The notes beneath the pieces were generated by a model. The model was not told where the DNA came from and searched no databases. It worked only from the letters and a program-made list of their open reading frames with translations. The position numbers and the translations under genes were made by a program. A stretch of DNA of 64,000 nucleotides from a bacterium. Its GTDB lineage: Bacteria; Elusimicrobiota; Elusimicrobia; Elusimicrobiales; UBA9959. The stretch spans positions 95,958 through 159,957 of the forward strand of contig JAJZPF010000002.1 of assembly GCA_021811315.1 (NCBI GenBank), read 5' to 3'. Positions 62,917 to 64,000 of the stretch are shown one piece after another. How positions within the stretch are numbered: the stretch's first letter is position 1; each line of letters begins with the position of its first letter.

Positions 62917-63465
62917 ATGGACGAAAATATAAGCGGTGAAGCCAAAAAAGAAGCTGTAAAGCGCACGGTGACCATGCAGGGCCGCCCGATGGCGCTGGTC
63001 GGAGAAGAGATCAAAGTGGGGATGACGGCGCCTGACTTCAAGGTAACGGCCAACGACATGCTGCCCATGAAGTTCTCCCGCACCTACGGCGGCAAAGTGG
63101 CCGTCATAAGCGCCGTGCCCTCGCTGGACACGCCGACCTGCGACCTGCAGACCCGCCGCTTCAACAAGGAAGCCGAGGCGCTGGGGCCCGACGTAGGCGT
63201 GCTCACCATCAGCATGGACCTGCCTTTCGCCCAGAAGCGCTGGTGCGGAGCGGCCGGAGTAAAAGCGGTAAGGACTTTCTCCGATTACCAGAAAGCCGAC
63301 TTCGGCAAATCGTGGGGCATCCTGATAAAGGACCTGCGCCTGCTTGCAAGGGCCGTCTTCATCGTGGACAAGGACGGCATAGTGAAATACGTCCAGTTGG
63401 TGCCGGAAGTCAGCAAGGAGCCCAACTACGACGAAGTCCTCACCGCCCTCCGGGCGCTGGTGTAG
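62917..63465 (+). CDS. tpx: Thiol peroxidase (Tpx family)
   Basis: Start at ATG 62917 (AAGGA upstream). [11 protein letters not shown] peroxidatic Cys; [12 protein letters not shown]. The track ORF start at 62776 lies inside the repeat element. Confidence 0.88.
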   Translation: MDENISGEAKKEAVKRTVTMQGRPMALVGEEIKVGMTAPDFKVTANDMLPMKFSRTYGGKVAVISAVPSLDTPTCDLQTRRFNKEAEALGPDVGVLTISMDLPFAQKRWCGAAGVKAVRTFSDYQKADFGKSWGILIKDLRLLARAVFIVDKDGIVKYVQLVPEVSKEPNYDEVLTALRALV

Positions 63466-63494
63466 GCGGCGGACAGTACCAAGGAGAAAACCAA

Positions 63495-63875
63495 ATGGCT
63501 GAAAGAATGGAAGTTTACAAATGCGAGCTTTGCGGGAATATCGTGGAAGTGCTGCACGGCGCCGCCGGCGCCCTGGCCTGCTGCGGGCAGGACATGAAAG
63601 CGGTCAAAGAGAACACCGTCGACGCCTCGAAAGAGAAGCATGTCCCGGTCATAGAGAAGACCGAGAAGGGCATAAAAGTTAAGGTCGGCTCGGTGCCGCA
63701 CCCGATGGAAGAGAAGCATTTCATAGAGTGGATCGAGCTCATCGCCGACGGCAAGGTGTTCAGGGAGTTCCTGAAGCCCGGCCAGCCCGCCGAGGCCACT
63801 TTCTGCCTCTGCTTCACCCCCAAGACCCTGGCCGCGCGCGAATACTGCACGCTGCACGGCCTCTGGAAAGCCTGA
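63495..63875 (+). CDS. dfx: Desulfoferrodoxin (2Fe superoxide reductase)
   Basis: 126 aa from ATG 63495 (AAGGAG upstream). N-terminal desulforedoxin CELCGN...ACCGQ. C-terminal SOR motifs ([25 protein letters not shown]). Confidence 0.9.
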   Translation: MAERMEVYKCELCGNIVEVLHGAAGALACCGQDMKAVKENTVDASKEKHVPVIEKTEKGIKVKVGSVPHPMEEKHFIEWIELIADGKVFREFLKPGQPAEATFCLCFTPKTLAAREYCTLHGLWKA

Positions 63876-63890
63876 ATCAAGGAGAATATT

Positions 63891-64000
63891 ATGAAAAAAT
63901 ACGTCTGCAAGCTTTGCGGTTACGTCTACGATCCCGCGGTGGGCGACCCGGATAACAATATCCCCCCCGGCACGGCTTTCGAAAAGCTGCCGGCCACCTG
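63891..64000 (+). CDS. Rubredoxin (3' end truncated by the window)
   Basis: Not in the ORF track because there is no stop codon before the window edge. ATG 63891 with GGAG upstream. [35 protein letters not shown] carries the rubredoxin CxxCG and DP..G.PPGT.F motifs. Confidence 0.85.
   Translation, partial: MKKYVCKLCGYVYDPAVGDPDNNIPPGTAFEKLPAT

Overview
This window is a GC-rich bacterial chromosome segment. By eye it is about 60-65% GC, apart from a visibly lower-GC block at about 412-9540. The redox genes look anaerobe-type (Hcp, rubrerythrin, desulfoferrodoxin, rubredoxin).

Gene content:
- Left end, minus strand: a complete type I-C CRISPR-Cas locus, cas3-cas5-cas8c(+internal cas11c)-cas7-cas4-cas1-cas2-leader-array. 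The array runs off the window edge.
- A Bro-N/DinD-like gene ends only 24 nt upstream of cas3.
- Next comes an SNF2-family ATPase whose stop overlaps the start of an unrecognised coiled-coil/Cys-cluster protein.
- The middle is mostly housekeeping: cell-envelope genes (amidase, LysM beta-barrel protein, two AsmA-like proteins), glnA, lpd, xth, the gcvT-H-PA-PB operon plus a lipoate ligase-like gene, rlmI, tRNA-Phe and purA-purB.
- A roughly 11.5-kb nine-gene pur operon follows (purE-C-S-L-Q-F-D-M plus a purN-purH fusion).
- The right end carries an NO/ROS defence cluster: hcp, NifU-like, RIC-like, Fe-S proteins, qNOR, an Rrf2 regulator, rbr, tpx, dfx and rubredoxin.

Main signal not explained by genes: a family of GC-rich, strand-asymmetric (purine-rich versus pyrimidine-rich) structured repeat units.
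- The units fill the short spacers between co-directional genes, running from the stop codon to the next ribosome-binding site.
- Copies lie at 30797-31063, 44951-45092, 48754-49019 and 62743-62904. Probable relatives lie at 52618-52758 and 27903-27989.
- The cores are conserved (for example, 20 of 21 nt match between 62797-62817 and the reverse complement of 48947-48967).
- The closing inverted repeats differ in sequence at every locus but stay complementary. One is a perfect 31-bp AT-rich inverted repeat.
- I could not match the family to any RNA or repeat family I know. It is my top candidate for something undescribed.

Secondary candidates are the Bro-N gene attached to the cas operon and the SNF2/Cys-cluster gene pair beside it.

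All homology calls come from reading motifs by eye. No searches were run.
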